From: a virus
Virus record (IMG/VR): IMGVR_UViG_3300001605_000008
Span: 32,001 to 96,000 of that record
Strand: one strand, 5' to 3'
Length of the DNA: 64,000 bases
A model generated the notes under the pieces. The model was not told where the DNA came from. It did no database searches and worked only from the letters and a program-made list of their open reading frames with translations. The position numbers and the translations under genes were made by a program. This document shows, in pieces, positions 40,155 to 50,119 of the stretch; positions within the stretch are counted from its first letter, which is position 1, and each line of letters opens with the position of its first letter.

Positions 40155-41860
40155 AGTCTTCCCACTGCCACTTCCATGGTAACAATATTATCCCCGGGAT
40201 GATCCTCCAGACTCTTGCCCACGATACAACCGGGTTCGTATTTATTGGGATCAAGTCTTTGGCAAACGCCGGCTATGCTGCTGGCAACCAGGCGATCCCC
40301 TTTGGCTACTGGTCCTTTGACCCTGGCCGGTACACGTCCTTGCAACGCAATAGCCACGGGATACTCACCGGGCTGTCCGGCATTCATCAAGTAGCTGGGA
40401 TTGGTAGATACCACACCGGCTATTTTGATAGAATGAGATACCGAGGTCGCTGTGACTTCCTGGTTACCACCAAAATCCAGCAACGTGCCCGGAGAATACG
40501 GAGCATCTGCTGCATACATCTCGGCCAAGTCAGCGTACTGTGCTGACGTTGCTTTGGCAAAAACAGTGTTAAAGTAGGTAGTGGCATTTCCAATATTGCC
40601 CACACCGTTGGCATTGTTGTTGGTGATGTTACCGCAGGCCACGTTACCAGTTGAGACTGTAAGGCTTGATCCGGTAATTGCTGCACCGGTAATAGCACCA
40701 GTGGCCGAGACAAGACCAGCTGTACGTAAGTTGCCACCTTGCACATTGCCGGTCACACTCAAGGATCCCAAGGTACCAACTGATGTGATATTGGTCTGTG
40801 CTGCTGTTTCTAAAGTACCGGCTATGTTGGTAAACGCACCACGTGTACCACTTATGTTGCCAGACGTGATGTTACCAGTTACTGCTAACGAACCTAGCGT
40901 GCCAACTGATGTGATATTGGTCTGTGCTGCTGTGAGCAATGTACCTGTGAGATTTGTGCCTGAAACGTTGGCTGCTGTAACATTGCCAGCTGCACTGATA
41001 CCTACGTTGGCTGTCCAGGCATTGGCTGTGTTGTTGTAGATCCAGGTCACTACTGAATTGTTGCCCAACAGCAAACCAGCACCGTTTACAGCACTCTGTG
41101 TGTTTACGTTGTTGGCCAAGACGATGTCTTTTTCATTGGTAGTGATAGTGGTAGAATCAATGTAGGTTACATTACCTTGCACTGATAGGTTACCAGCAAT
41201 TACCACGTTGCCTTCTATGCCAGAAGTACTGGGATCTATGGTCAGGGTAGAACCTGTGCTGATGATAGTATTGCCGCTGAGTGTGATGCCACCACCTGTG
41301 ACGTTGCCCGTGGCTGATACCGCACCTGCTGTGTTGATGTTACCACCTGTGACGTTGCCAGTGGCTGTGATCAATCCACCTGTGATCAGATTGGCACCTG
41401 TGACGTTGCCACTGCTGGATATCGCACCTGAATTTAAAGATGTCAGTGTACCCACTGACGTGATGTTTGTTTGTGCTGCTGTGAGCAGTGTGCCAGTTAA
41501 ATTAGTAGCTGCTACGTTGCCAGCAGTAACATTACCGCTTACACTCAGTCGAGGCATGTTAACATTGCCTGTGCCGTTTGGCGTAATCACGATGTTGGCA
41601 TTAGCAGCCGATGTCTGAATGTCTAACTGTGCAGAATCAATGATAGCACCTGAAATCAGCAGGTTACCACCCGTGATATTACCGGTAGATACTGTTAAAC
41701 TTGTGCCTGTCAGAGCAGCACCTGTTATACCACCTGTGGCTGAAATCAATCCAGCTGTCAGCACATTTCCGGCCTGGACATTGCCCACGGCTGTTGCTGC
41801 TGCTAGGTTGCCTACTCTGCTGTCGTCAATTACGGTTATGCCATTAATCTTTATCGCCAT
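40151..41860 (-). CDS. Fibre protein with GNVTGGN repeats and C-terminal peptidase G2-like autocleavage domain
   Basis: Repeats, duplicated LLTAAQTNITSVGTL units, ATSAQYADLAEMY...VALQGRVP-type (IALQGRVP) C-terminus. Confidence 0.7.
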   Translation of the reverse strand: MAIKINGITVIDDSRVGNLAAATAVGNVQAGNVLTAGLISATGGITGAALTGTSLTVSTGNITGGNLLISGAIIDSAQLDIQTSAANANIVITPNGTGNVNMPRLSVSGNVTAGNVAATNLTGTLLTAAQTNITSVGTLTSLNSGAISSSGNVTGANLITGGLITATGNVTGGNINTAGAVSATGNVTGGGITLSGNTIISTGSTLTIDPSTSGIEGNVVIAGNLSVQGNVTYIDSTTITTNEKDIVLANNVNTQSAVNGAGLLLGNNSVVTWIYNNTANAWTANVGISAAGNVTAANVSGTNLTGTLLTAAQTNITSVGTLGSLAVTGNITSGNISGTRGAFTNIAGTLETAAQTNITSVGTLGSLSVTGNVQGGNLRTAGLVSATGAITGAAITGSSLTVSTGNVACGNITNNNANGVGNIGNATTYFNTVFAKATSAQYADLAEMYAADAPYSPGTLLDFGGNQEVTATSVSHSIKIAGVVSTNPSYLMNAGQPGEYPVAIALQGRVPARVKGPVAKGDRLVASSIAGVCQRLDPNKYEPGCIVGKSLEDHPGDNIVTMEVAVGRL

Positions 41861-41888
41861 CTTCGTTCTCCTTGTCTATGAACTCGGC

Positions 41889-44800
41889 TTAATCTAGTTT
41901 CTTTTTCAGCTCGGCAATTTCTGCGCCCAGTTGCTTGATGGTCTCTACCATGAACGGTATGATCATCATATAATTGATAGATTTCAATCCATCAGATCCA
42001 GTTTTCACTGCATTGGGCAGTATTTTTTCTACATCCTGGGCCAGGAATCCATAGCTGTGCCCGGATCCATTGCGCCAGTCATATTCAACTCCGGTCAACT
42101 GGTTGATCACTGATTCCACACCCGAGATCGGATTGATGTTGGTCTTGAGTGTGGCATCTGACAGAGAGTTAACATCTTGTGCTGTGACATTGCCGGTGAC
42201 ACTGAGGTTTCCGGTGAGAGTGGTCTGTGTTTGTCCAACCACCAAGACATTGGCTGTGCCGTTTACTGTGATATAGCCATTGCCGTTCAATCCAGCGATA
42301 CCAATCGTGCTAGTGCCTTGAGTCAGTGCAGCAACATCAATGTTGCCAACGTCTATGTCAGCTGCAGTGACTCCATCGCTGGTAAACACACCAAACGTAG
42401 TCGAGTTGATCTCTTTGAGCTGCAGTCCTCCCAAGAATATGGTATTGCCAGACAAGTACAAGTCGTCCCATCGCTGGGTGCTGGAACCAAGATTGCCACT
42501 GAGATTAGACACCGGCAACAAGTCACCGGTGATCAGCACATCATTTGTGGTCTCACTCACAGCTACCACAGCATTGGCTGGAGAGTTGGTGATCTGAGTC
42601 ACTGTACTGGTAGTAGTCAATATACGAGTATCTATCACGTCCGTAGTTTCGGGCGCTTCTGTAAATGTCAGTACATTTCCGGTTACCGCATAAGCAGTGA
42701 CAGGTTGTTGTACCACACCGTTGATCGACACTATAGTAGCAGCCGTAGTTGAGTCTTCGCTGAGTGTGAACACCAGCGTGGATCCATCGCCCACAAACTC
42801 ATCAGCGGTAATAACTGTAAATTCTGGCACACCCACTGGTTCCCAACCGGTTGATGTATAAATCTCAAGCCCGTCTGATGTGCTGCTGAATCGCATCATA
42901 CCTATAGTAGCAGGATCTGGACGCTGTGCGATATTGCCCACGGGCATCTTGATAGAATTTGTGGTGTTGAAACTTACTATCGCGTTGGTTATAGCACCAG
43001 AATTACCAAATGCTGCTGTTCCCAATCCTGCATCTACATAGAATACATTGGCTACGGTGTCACCATCTACTGCAAAATCTGTATCAATGTCAGATCCATT
43101 TATAGTGATACGCCCAGCAGCCGGACCATCAATGGTTCCTGATGTTAGTATTAGATTGGCACCTGTGATGTTACCGGTGGCTGTGACCACGCCGGCTGTT
43201 CTTAAATTGCCGCCTTGGACGTTGCCTGTTGCTGTGACCTGACCTGCGGTGTTGACATTGCCGCCTGTGACGTTGCCTGTTGCTGTGACTAATCCAACAG
43301 TAGATACATTACCACCTATGACATTACCAGTTGCTACCACATTAGCATCAGATGTGATATTACCTGTGGCCGATACCACACCGGCTGTTCTTAAATTGCC
43401 ACCCTGAACGTTACCAGTAACTGTGGCTAGACCTCCGGTAACAAGATTACCACCTGTGACGTTGCCTGTGGCTGTGACCACACCTGCTGTGGTAACATTA
43501 CCACCTGTGACGTTGCCTGTGGCTGTGACCACACCTGCTGTGGTTAAGTTACCACCAACAACATTTCCATTTGATACAGTCAGCGTGTTTGTGGCCGAAT
43601 TAAATGTGAAGTTTGCACTGGCACCCAGGAGATCATTATTGTTAAACTGCACCTGTGTGTTGGCTCCAGCGGCATCAATATTACCAAAAATATTACCAAT
43701 AAAGTTTGCAGCAGTAACATTACCAGATACTGAAACATTTCCACCAGTGATATTACCAGAACCAACTCCTAGGTTTCCTCCAGTAATGTTTCCAGTAGCA
43801 CTGATCTGACCGGCTGTGTTTACGTTACCACCTGTGACATTGCCTGTTGCTGACAATGTGGTGCCAAACACCCCAGTAGTATTGACATTACCTGAATTTA
43901 CGTTGCCTGTGACACTGACCACACCTGCGGTGTTGATGTTGCCACCTGTGACGTTGCCTGTAGCTGTGACAACTCCCCCAGTGGTCAAGTTGCCACCTGT
44001 GACGTTGCCTGTAGCTGTGACAACTCCCCCAGTGGTCAAGTTGCCACCTGTGACGTTGCCTGTGGCTGTGACCACACCTGCTGTAGTAACATTACCACCT
44101 GTGACATTGCCTGTGGCTGTGACCACTCCTGATGTGGTAACATTACCACCTGTGACGTTGCCGGTAGCGGAAACAAGACCGGTAGTTCTCAGATTACCTG
44201 CTTGCACATTGCCTGTAGCACTAATAGTGGTGCCAAATACTCCAGTGGTATTGACATTGCCTGAATTAACATTGCCTGTAGCACTGATCGCACCTGCGGT
44301 ATTGATGTTGCCACCTGTAACATTGCCTGTGACTGTGGCAAATCCAGATGTTATGAGATTTCCACCGGTAACATTGCCAGATGCTGATACAATAGTAGCA
44401 TATACACCTGTGGTGTTTACGTTGGCAGAATTAACATTACCTGACGCACTTACTATTCCTGTAGTATTAAAGTTACCACCAGTGACATTACCAGTAGCTG
44501 TGACAAATCCTGTGGTTGATACATTGCCGCCGATAACATTGCCAACTGCCGAAACAAATGTATTAGATGTCAGACTATTGACTAAAATATTACCAGTGAC
44601 ATCAAGATTTCCAATTTCAACGTTACCAATTACAGCACTGTTGGCAATCAAATATTCACCAGTAACATTACCGGCTGTGTTGAGATTTCCACCAGTGATG
44701 TTACCAGTTGACGATATCAAACCTACTGTGAGTATATTACCGGCTTGTACGTTGCCTGTTGCACTTACTACTCCAGCTGTATTGACGTTACCGCCCGTGA

Positions 44801-47800
44801 TGTTACCAGTAGCAGTAACTTGTCCTGCTGTGGTTAAGTTGCCACCTGTGACGTTGCCTGTGGCTGTGACCACACCTGCTGTGGTTACATTTCCACCTGT
44901 GACGTTGCCTGTGGCACTTACTAGACCTACAGTGCGTAGATTACCACCTTGGATGTTGCCTGAAGCACTCACGGTAGAGGAATTGACTGCATTGGCAATG
45001 TTGGCATTTCCGCCAACCAAATTACCACTTGCACTCACAGTAACGCCTTGCACCAGAGCCAGTGATATTACATTACCACCTGTGACATTGCCAGTGGCTG
45101 TGACTTGTCCTGCTGTGGTTAAGTTGCCACCTGTGACGTTGCCTGTAGCAGTAACTTGTCCTGCTGTGGTTAAGTTACCACCTGTGACATTACCTGTGGC
45201 TGTGACTACACCTGCTGTGTTAATATTACCGCCTGTGATGTTACCAGAAGCACTCACGGTAGAGGAATTGACTGCATTGGTAATGTTGGCATTTCCGCCA
45301 ACCAAATTACCACTTGCACTCACAGTAACGCCTTGCACTAGAGCCAGTGATATTACATTGCCGCCGGTGACGTTACCAGTTGCACTGACCACACCTGCGG
45401 TGTTGACATTACCGAATGTGCCTGTTCCCGTAGCACTGACCTGACCTGCTGTGGTTAAGTTACCACCTGTGACATTGCCTGTGGCAGTAACAACTCCCCC
45501 AGTAGTCAAGTTGCCACCTGTGACGTTGCCTGTGGAACTCACAGTACCTCCTGTGGCCACATTACCAAATGTACCTGTGCCTGTAGCGCTTACAGTACCG
45601 CCTGTGGCCACATTACCAAATGTACCTGTGCCTGTGGCACTGACCTGACCTGCTGTGGTTACATTTCCACCTGTGACGTTGCCTGTGGCACTTACCAAGC
45701 CCACGGTACGTAGATTACCACCCTGGATGTTACCAGACGCACTTACTGTAGCAGAATTGACTGCGTTGGTGATGTTGGCGTTGCCACCCACTAGGTTACC
45801 GGTAGCCGAAACGTTGGCACCAGTGACAGTACCTGTGACAGAAAGACTGGTACCTGTGGCAGCACCAATGTTGGGTGTGGTAAGGTTCGCACCGGCCTTG
45901 ACCACGATGTTGCCACTGCCATCAAAGGCCGTGGTATCATTATCAACTTTGGCTGAAAATACCGTACCATTCAATACTAGACCAGCCGCGGTGTTGGCTG
46001 TATAGACCTGGCTAGCCGAAAACTGTGTAAAAATAAGATTGTCATAGCCAATGATTGTGGGACCAATGGGTTCGGTCATCACATAACTTTCACCTGCGCC
46101 TGAATCGCCTGCGATCACATAAAAGTAATCACCTGCATCAAGTCCGTTGGTATCATCAGGCTTATAGGTATCCATATCCGAGCTACGTGTGAGCTGCCAG
46201 GCTGTAGTGGCATTACCTGCTTCTGTGACCACATAAACACCGTTGTGCGCTGCATTGGCCTGTGAATAGATCAATATCCGATCACTGTTGGCTACTGTGG
46301 CACCATCAATCACCAGTGTGGCATTGGCTCCGGCGTTGGTCAGCGTGGCACCTTGGCCAGAATTGATACGCACCGGCTGTGTAAGGCTGCCGCCTGTTGT
46401 TATATCAGTGACAGGAGCACCGCTCCAGGTACGACTCAGCACAGCAGCCGAAGTGTTGGGTGCTGATACCACAAAGTAAGGTGTGTTACCCAAAACACCA
46501 TTAAATGAATTTGTAAACCAATACTGGTCGTTGACCTGGGGATTGATCGCTGAGGAAAATACCACGGTATTGCCAGCTATGGTATTGGTCACTGTAGCAG
46601 TGGTACCACCTTGTGTGTAGGTACCGTTAACTGCTGAATTAGCTTCGTATCGTACTGGAGCATGGATCGTGAGTCCAGCGCTTACAGCGTTGTCAACATA
46701 TTCTTTGGTGGCTGCATCTTGTGCTTGTACTGGATCAGACAGATTGTTGATCCATTGACCATTCATCACAATGTTGCCAGCTCCATCCCACTGCAGATTC
46801 CCACCCGCAGAAGTCAATATTAAATCGCCAGCGGCTGTGGTAACTTCCGGAGTAACAATCCGAGCTGCTGTGGTAATATTACCTGTGGCTGATATTTGTC
46901 CTGCTGTGGTTACATTACCACCTGTGACATTGCCTGTGGCAGAAACTACACCAGCGGTGCGTAAATTACCACCTTGGACGTTGCCAGTTGCACTTACCAC
47001 ACCTGCGGTGTTGATGTTACCACCTGTGACGTTACCAGAAGCACTCACCGTAGCAGAATTAACTGCATTGGTGATGTTGGCATTGCCACCTACTAGATTA
47101 CCACTTGCACTCACAGTAACGCCTTGTACTAGCGCTTGTGATATCACATTACCACCTGTGACATTGCCTGCGGTGCTGACATTCCCACCAATAACGTTGC
47201 CAGTAGCACTTACTTGACCAGCTGTGTTGACATTGCCACCTGTGACGTTGCCGGTAGCAGTAACTACTCCACCAGTAGTTATATTGCCACCCGTGACATT
47301 ACCTGTTGCTGACACAGTAGCGGAATTGACCGCATTGGTGATGTTGGCATTTCCGCCAACCAAATTACCACTTGCACTCACAGTAACGCCTTGTACCAGA
47401 GCCAGTGATATTACGTTACCACCTGTGACGTTGCCTGTAGCAGTTACTACTCCGGCTGTGGTTAGATTACCGCCTGTGACGTTGCCTGTAGCAGAAACAA
47501 GACCAGTGGTTCTTAAATTACCACCTTGGACGTTACCTGTAGCAGAAACTACACCTGCTGTATTGATGTTACCACCTGTGACGTTGCCAGAAGCACTCAC
47601 AGTAGCAGAATTGACCGCATTGGTGATGTTGGCATTGCCACCTACTAGGTTACCACTTGCTGACAAAGTAACACCTTGTACCAGAGCCAGTGATATTACG
47701 TTACCACCTGTGACATTGCCGGTGGCAGTGACCGCACCTGCGGTATTGATGTTTCCACCTGTAACATTGCCGGTGGCAGTGACTACGCCGGCTGTGGTTA

Positions 47801-50048
47801 AGTTACCACCTGTGACATTGCCTGTAGCAGTAACTTGTCCTGCTGTGGTTAAGTTACCACCTGTGACATTACCTGTGGCTGTGACTACACCTGCTGTGCT
47901 GACATTGCCACCTGTGACATTGCCAGACGCACTCACAGTAGCAGAATTAACTGCGTTGGTAATATTAGCGTTGCCACCTACTAGATTACCACTTGCACTC
48001 ACAGTAACGCCTTGTACCAGAGCTTGTGATATCACATTACCACCTGTGACATTGCCGGTAGCTGTGACAACTCCTACTGTGGTAACATTACCACCTGTAA
48101 CATTGCCTGTGGCAGAAATTAACCCAGTAGTGCGCAAATTACCACCTTGGACGTTGCCTGCAGCAGATACCTGTCCATTGGTGCGAAGATTTCCACCTTC
48201 AACGTTACCTGTCACACTAAACAAACTAGTTGCAGGATTAAATGTTAGATTAGCACTGGCAGCAAGTACGTCACCGGTACCATTGAATTGTATTTCATTG
48301 ATATTTCCAGCAGCATCAATGTTTCCTGCAAATGATCCTGCAGTGATCGTGCCCGACACTGATATGTTTCCTGCAGCAATATTACCAATGCCTACACTGA
48401 GATTGCCACCTGTGACGTTGCCTGTGGCGCTGACCGCACCGGCTGTGTTGACATTGCCACCTGTGACGTTGCCAGTAGCAGAAACCGTGCCAGCAGTGGT
48501 CACATTACCAAACGTACCTGTTCCTGTGGCGCTTACGGTGCCACCTGTGGCCACATTACCAAACGTACCTGTTCCTGTGGCGCTTACGGTGCCACCTGTG
48601 GCTAGATTACCACCTGTTACATTACCAGATGCGCTGACGGTAGTACCAAACACCCCAGTAGTATTAACATTACCCGAATTTACGTTGCCTGTGGCACTGA
48701 TCGAACCTGCGGTGTTGACATTGCCGCCTGTGACGTTACCAGTAGCACTGACTAAACCTGCGGTGTTGACATTGCCACCTGTGATGTTGCCTGTGGCTGT
48801 GACCACACCTGCTGTGGTCAGATTACCGCCTGTGACATTGCCTGTGGCTGATAATGTAACACCTTGCACCAGAGCCTGTGATATTACATTACCACCTGTG
48901 ACGTTGCCAGTGGCAGAAACTGTGCCAGCAGTGGCTACATTACCAAATGTACCTGTGCCTGTGGCACTGACTGCACCTGCAGTATTGACATTGCCACCTG
49001 TGACATTACCTGTGGCTGTAACCACACCTGCTGTGGTTAAATTACCACCCGTGACATTGCCTGTTGCACTCACTAACCCAGCTGTGTTGACATTACCACC
49101 TGTGACATTTCCCCCAGCTGATACTGTGCCGGCTGTGGCTACGTTGCCAAATGTACCTGTACCTGTGGCTGAAACAACACCACCTGTGTTGACATTTCCG
49201 CCCGTGACATTACCTGATGCGCTGACCGTGGTGCTGAAAACTCCCGTGGTATTAACATTGGCCGAAGTTAAATTGCCTGTAGCACTTACTTGTCCTGCTG
49301 TGGTTACATTACCACCTGTGACATTGCCAGTAGCACTTACCAGGCCTACAGTGCGTAGATTACCACCTTGGATGTTGCCAGTTGCTGAAACAACACCTGC
49401 GGTATTGATGTTACCACCTGTGACATTACCTGCGGTGCTGACGTTGCCACCCGCAACGTTGCCAGTTGCGCTGACTTGCCCGGCTGTGTTGACGTTACCA
49501 CCTGTGACATTGCCTGTGGCAGAAACCAGTCCCGTGGTCAAAAAGTTACTGGCAGCAACGTTGCCGGTAATATTGAGATTTCCCAACACATTGCCTGTAA
49601 AACTGATGTTTCCAATGTCAAGATTACCAACATTGGCTGCGGCTGCTGTGAGATTGGCCACACGGAGGCTGGCATAAGAATTGATAGTGACCGTGGTGTT
49701 TGTGACTTCAGACGTGGTGAAAATTGCCACGAACTGCTGGGCGCTTTCGTCCCAGACAAAAGCGATATTGTCTTCGGTACCGCGTTTGCCGATAAAACCA
49801 ATGTCCAGAGTGGGGCTTCCGGTTTGATCTTTGGCCAGGAGTATCAGAGGATCTTCAACGGTCAAGTTTACCGTGTCGATCGTTGTGGTGTCACCTTGTA
49901 CTGTGAGATTTCCAGCCACTGTAAGGCTGGATCCGTATGTGAGATTATTGGCAATTTTACCCGAAGTGATCGAGTAATCCTGCAGTTTTGACGCTGCATT
50001 TACTGTTAAATCAGTGATCTGATTGTTCTTGATCCGTGTCACGGCCAT
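41889..50048 (-). CDS. Giant 2719-aa repeat fibre protein with C-terminal peptidase S74-type intramolecular chaperone
   Basis: More than 40 GNVTGGN units by manual count; DAATKEYVD and NGVYVV central domain; SDATLKTNI...GFLAQDVEKILP...INY C-terminus. Confidence 0.85.
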   Translation of the reverse strand: MAVTRIKNNQITDLTVNAASKLQDYSITSGKIANNLTYGSSLTVAGNLTVQGDTTTIDTVNLTVEDPLILLAKDQTGSPTLDIGFIGKRGTEDNIAFVWDESAQQFVAIFTTSEVTNTTVTINSYASLRVANLTAAAANVGNLDIGNISFTGNVLGNLNITGNVAASNFLTTGLVSATGNVTGGNVNTAGQVSATGNVAGGNVSTAGNVTGGNINTAGVVSATGNIQGGNLRTVGLVSATGNVTGGNVTTAGQVSATGNLTSANVNTTGVFSTTVSASGNVTGGNVNTGGVVSATGTGTFGNVATAGTVSAGGNVTGGNVNTAGLVSATGNVTGGNLTTAGVVTATGNVTGGNVNTAGAVSATGTGTFGNVATAGTVSATGNVTGGNVISQALVQGVTLSATGNVTGGNLTTAGVVTATGNITGGNVNTAGLVSATGNVTGGNVNTAGSISATGNVNSGNVNTTGVFGTTVSASGNVTGGNLATGGTVSATGTGTFGNVATGGTVSATGTGTFGNVTTAGTVSATGNVTGGNVNTAGAVSATGNVTGGNLSVGIGNIAAGNISVSGTITAGSFAGNIDAAGNINEIQFNGTGDVLAASANLTFNPATSLFSVTGNVEGGNLRTNGQVSAAGNVQGGNLRTTGLISATGNVTGGNVTTVGVVTATGNVTGGNVISQALVQGVTVSASGNLVGGNANITNAVNSATVSASGNVTGGNVSTAGVVTATGNVTGGNLTTAGQVTATGNVTGGNLTTAGVVTATGNVTGGNINTAGAVTATGNVTGGNVISLALVQGVTLSASGNLVGGNANITNAVNSATVSASGNVTGGNINTAGVVSATGNVQGGNLRTTGLVSATGNVTGGNLTTAGVVTATGNVTGGNVISLALVQGVTVSASGNLVGGNANITNAVNSATVSATGNVTGGNITTGGVVTATGNVTGGNVNTAGQVSATGNVIGGNVSTAGNVTGGNVISQALVQGVTVSASGNLVGGNANITNAVNSATVSASGNVTGGNINTAGVVSATGNVQGGNLRTAGVVSATGNVTGGNVTTAGQISATGNITTAARIVTPEVTTAAGDLILTSAGGNLQWDGAGNIVMNGQWINNLSDPVQAQDAATKEYVDNAVSAGLTIHAPVRYEANSAVNGTYTQGGTTATVTNTIAGNTVVFSSAINPQVNDQYWFTNSFNGVLGNTPYFVVSAPNTSAAVLSRTWSGAPVTDITTGGSLTQPVRINSGQGATLTNAGANATLVIDGATVANSDRILIYSQANAAHNGVYVVTEAGNATTAWQLTRSSDMDTYKPDDTNGLDAGDYFYVIAGDSGAGESYVMTEPIGPTIIGYDNLIFTQFSASQVYTANTAAGLVLNGTVFSAKVDNDTTAFDGSGNIVVKAGANLTTPNIGAATGTSLSVTGTVTGANVSATGNLVGGNANITNAVNSATVSASGNIQGGNLRTVGLVSATGNVTGGNVTTAGQVSATGTGTFGNVATGGTVSATGTGTFGNVATGGTVSSTGNVTGGNLTTGGVVTATGNVTGGNLTTAGQVSATGTGTFGNVNTAGVVSATGNVTGGNVISLALVQGVTVSASGNLVGGNANITNAVNSSTVSASGNITGGNINTAGVVTATGNVTGGNLTTAGQVTATGNVTGGNLTTAGQVTATGNVTGGNVISLALVQGVTVSASGNLVGGNANIANAVNSSTVSASGNIQGGNLRTVGLVSATGNVTGGNVTTAGVVTATGNVTGGNLTTAGQVTATGNITGGNVNTAGVVSATGNVQAGNILTVGLISSTGNITGGNLNTAGNVTGEYLIANSAVIGNVEIGNLDVTGNILVNSLTSNTFVSAVGNVIGGNVSTTGFVTATGNVTGGNFNTTGIVSASGNVNSANVNTTGVYATIVSASGNVTGGNLITSGFATVTGNVTGGNINTAGAISATGNVNSGNVNTTGVFGTTISATGNVQAGNLRTTGLVSATGNVTGGNVTTSGVVTATGNVTGGNVTTAGVVTATGNVTGGNLTTGGVVTATGNVTGGNLTTGGVVTATGNVTGGNINTAGVVSVTGNVNSGNVNTTGVFGTTLSATGNVTGGNVNTAGQISATGNITGGNLGVGSGNITGGNVSVSGNVTAANFIGNIFGNIDAAGANTQVQFNNNDLLGASANFTFNSATNTLTVSNGNVVGGNLTTAGVVTATGNVTGGNVTTAGVVTATGNVTGGNLVTGGLATVTGNVQGGNLRTAGVVSATGNITSDANVVATGNVIGGNVSTVGLVTATGNVTGGNVNTAGQVTATGNVQGGNLRTAGVVTATGNITGANLILTSGTIDGPAAGRITINGSDIDTDFAVDGDTVANVFYVDAGLGTAAFGNSGAITNAIVSFNTTNSIKMPVGNIAQRPDPATIGMMRFSSTSDGLEIYTSTGWEPVGVPEFTVITADEFVGDGSTLVFTLSEDSTTAATIVSINGVVQQPVTAYAVTGNVLTFTEAPETTDVIDTRILTTTSTVTQITNSPANAVVAVSETTNDVLITGDLLPVSNLSGNLGSSTQRWDDLYLSGNTIFLGGLQLKEINSTTFGVFTSDGVTAADIDVGNIDVAALTQGTSTIGIAGLNGNGYITVNGTANVLVVGQTQTTLTGNLSVTGNVTAQDVNSLSDATLKTNINPISGVESVINQLTGVEYDWRNGSGHSYGFLAQDVEKILPNAVKTGSDGLKSINYMMIIPFMVETIKQLGAEIAELKKKLD
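43939..44063. repeat. Exact 51-nt tandem repeat (2.4 copies) in the giant fibre gene
   Basis: Units start at 43939, 43990 and 44041; first two are identical. Confidence 0.85.
48501..48602. repeat. Exact 51-nt tandem duplication in the giant fibre gene
   Basis: CACATTACCAAACGTACC...GCCACCTGTGGC at 48501 and 48552. Confidence 0.85.
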
Positions 50049-50119
50049 TGCTATTCTCCTGCCCCAAGGCTAATAGCACTATTTAGCGGATTGATAGATC
50101 TTAACTAGCTGCGGTTATC

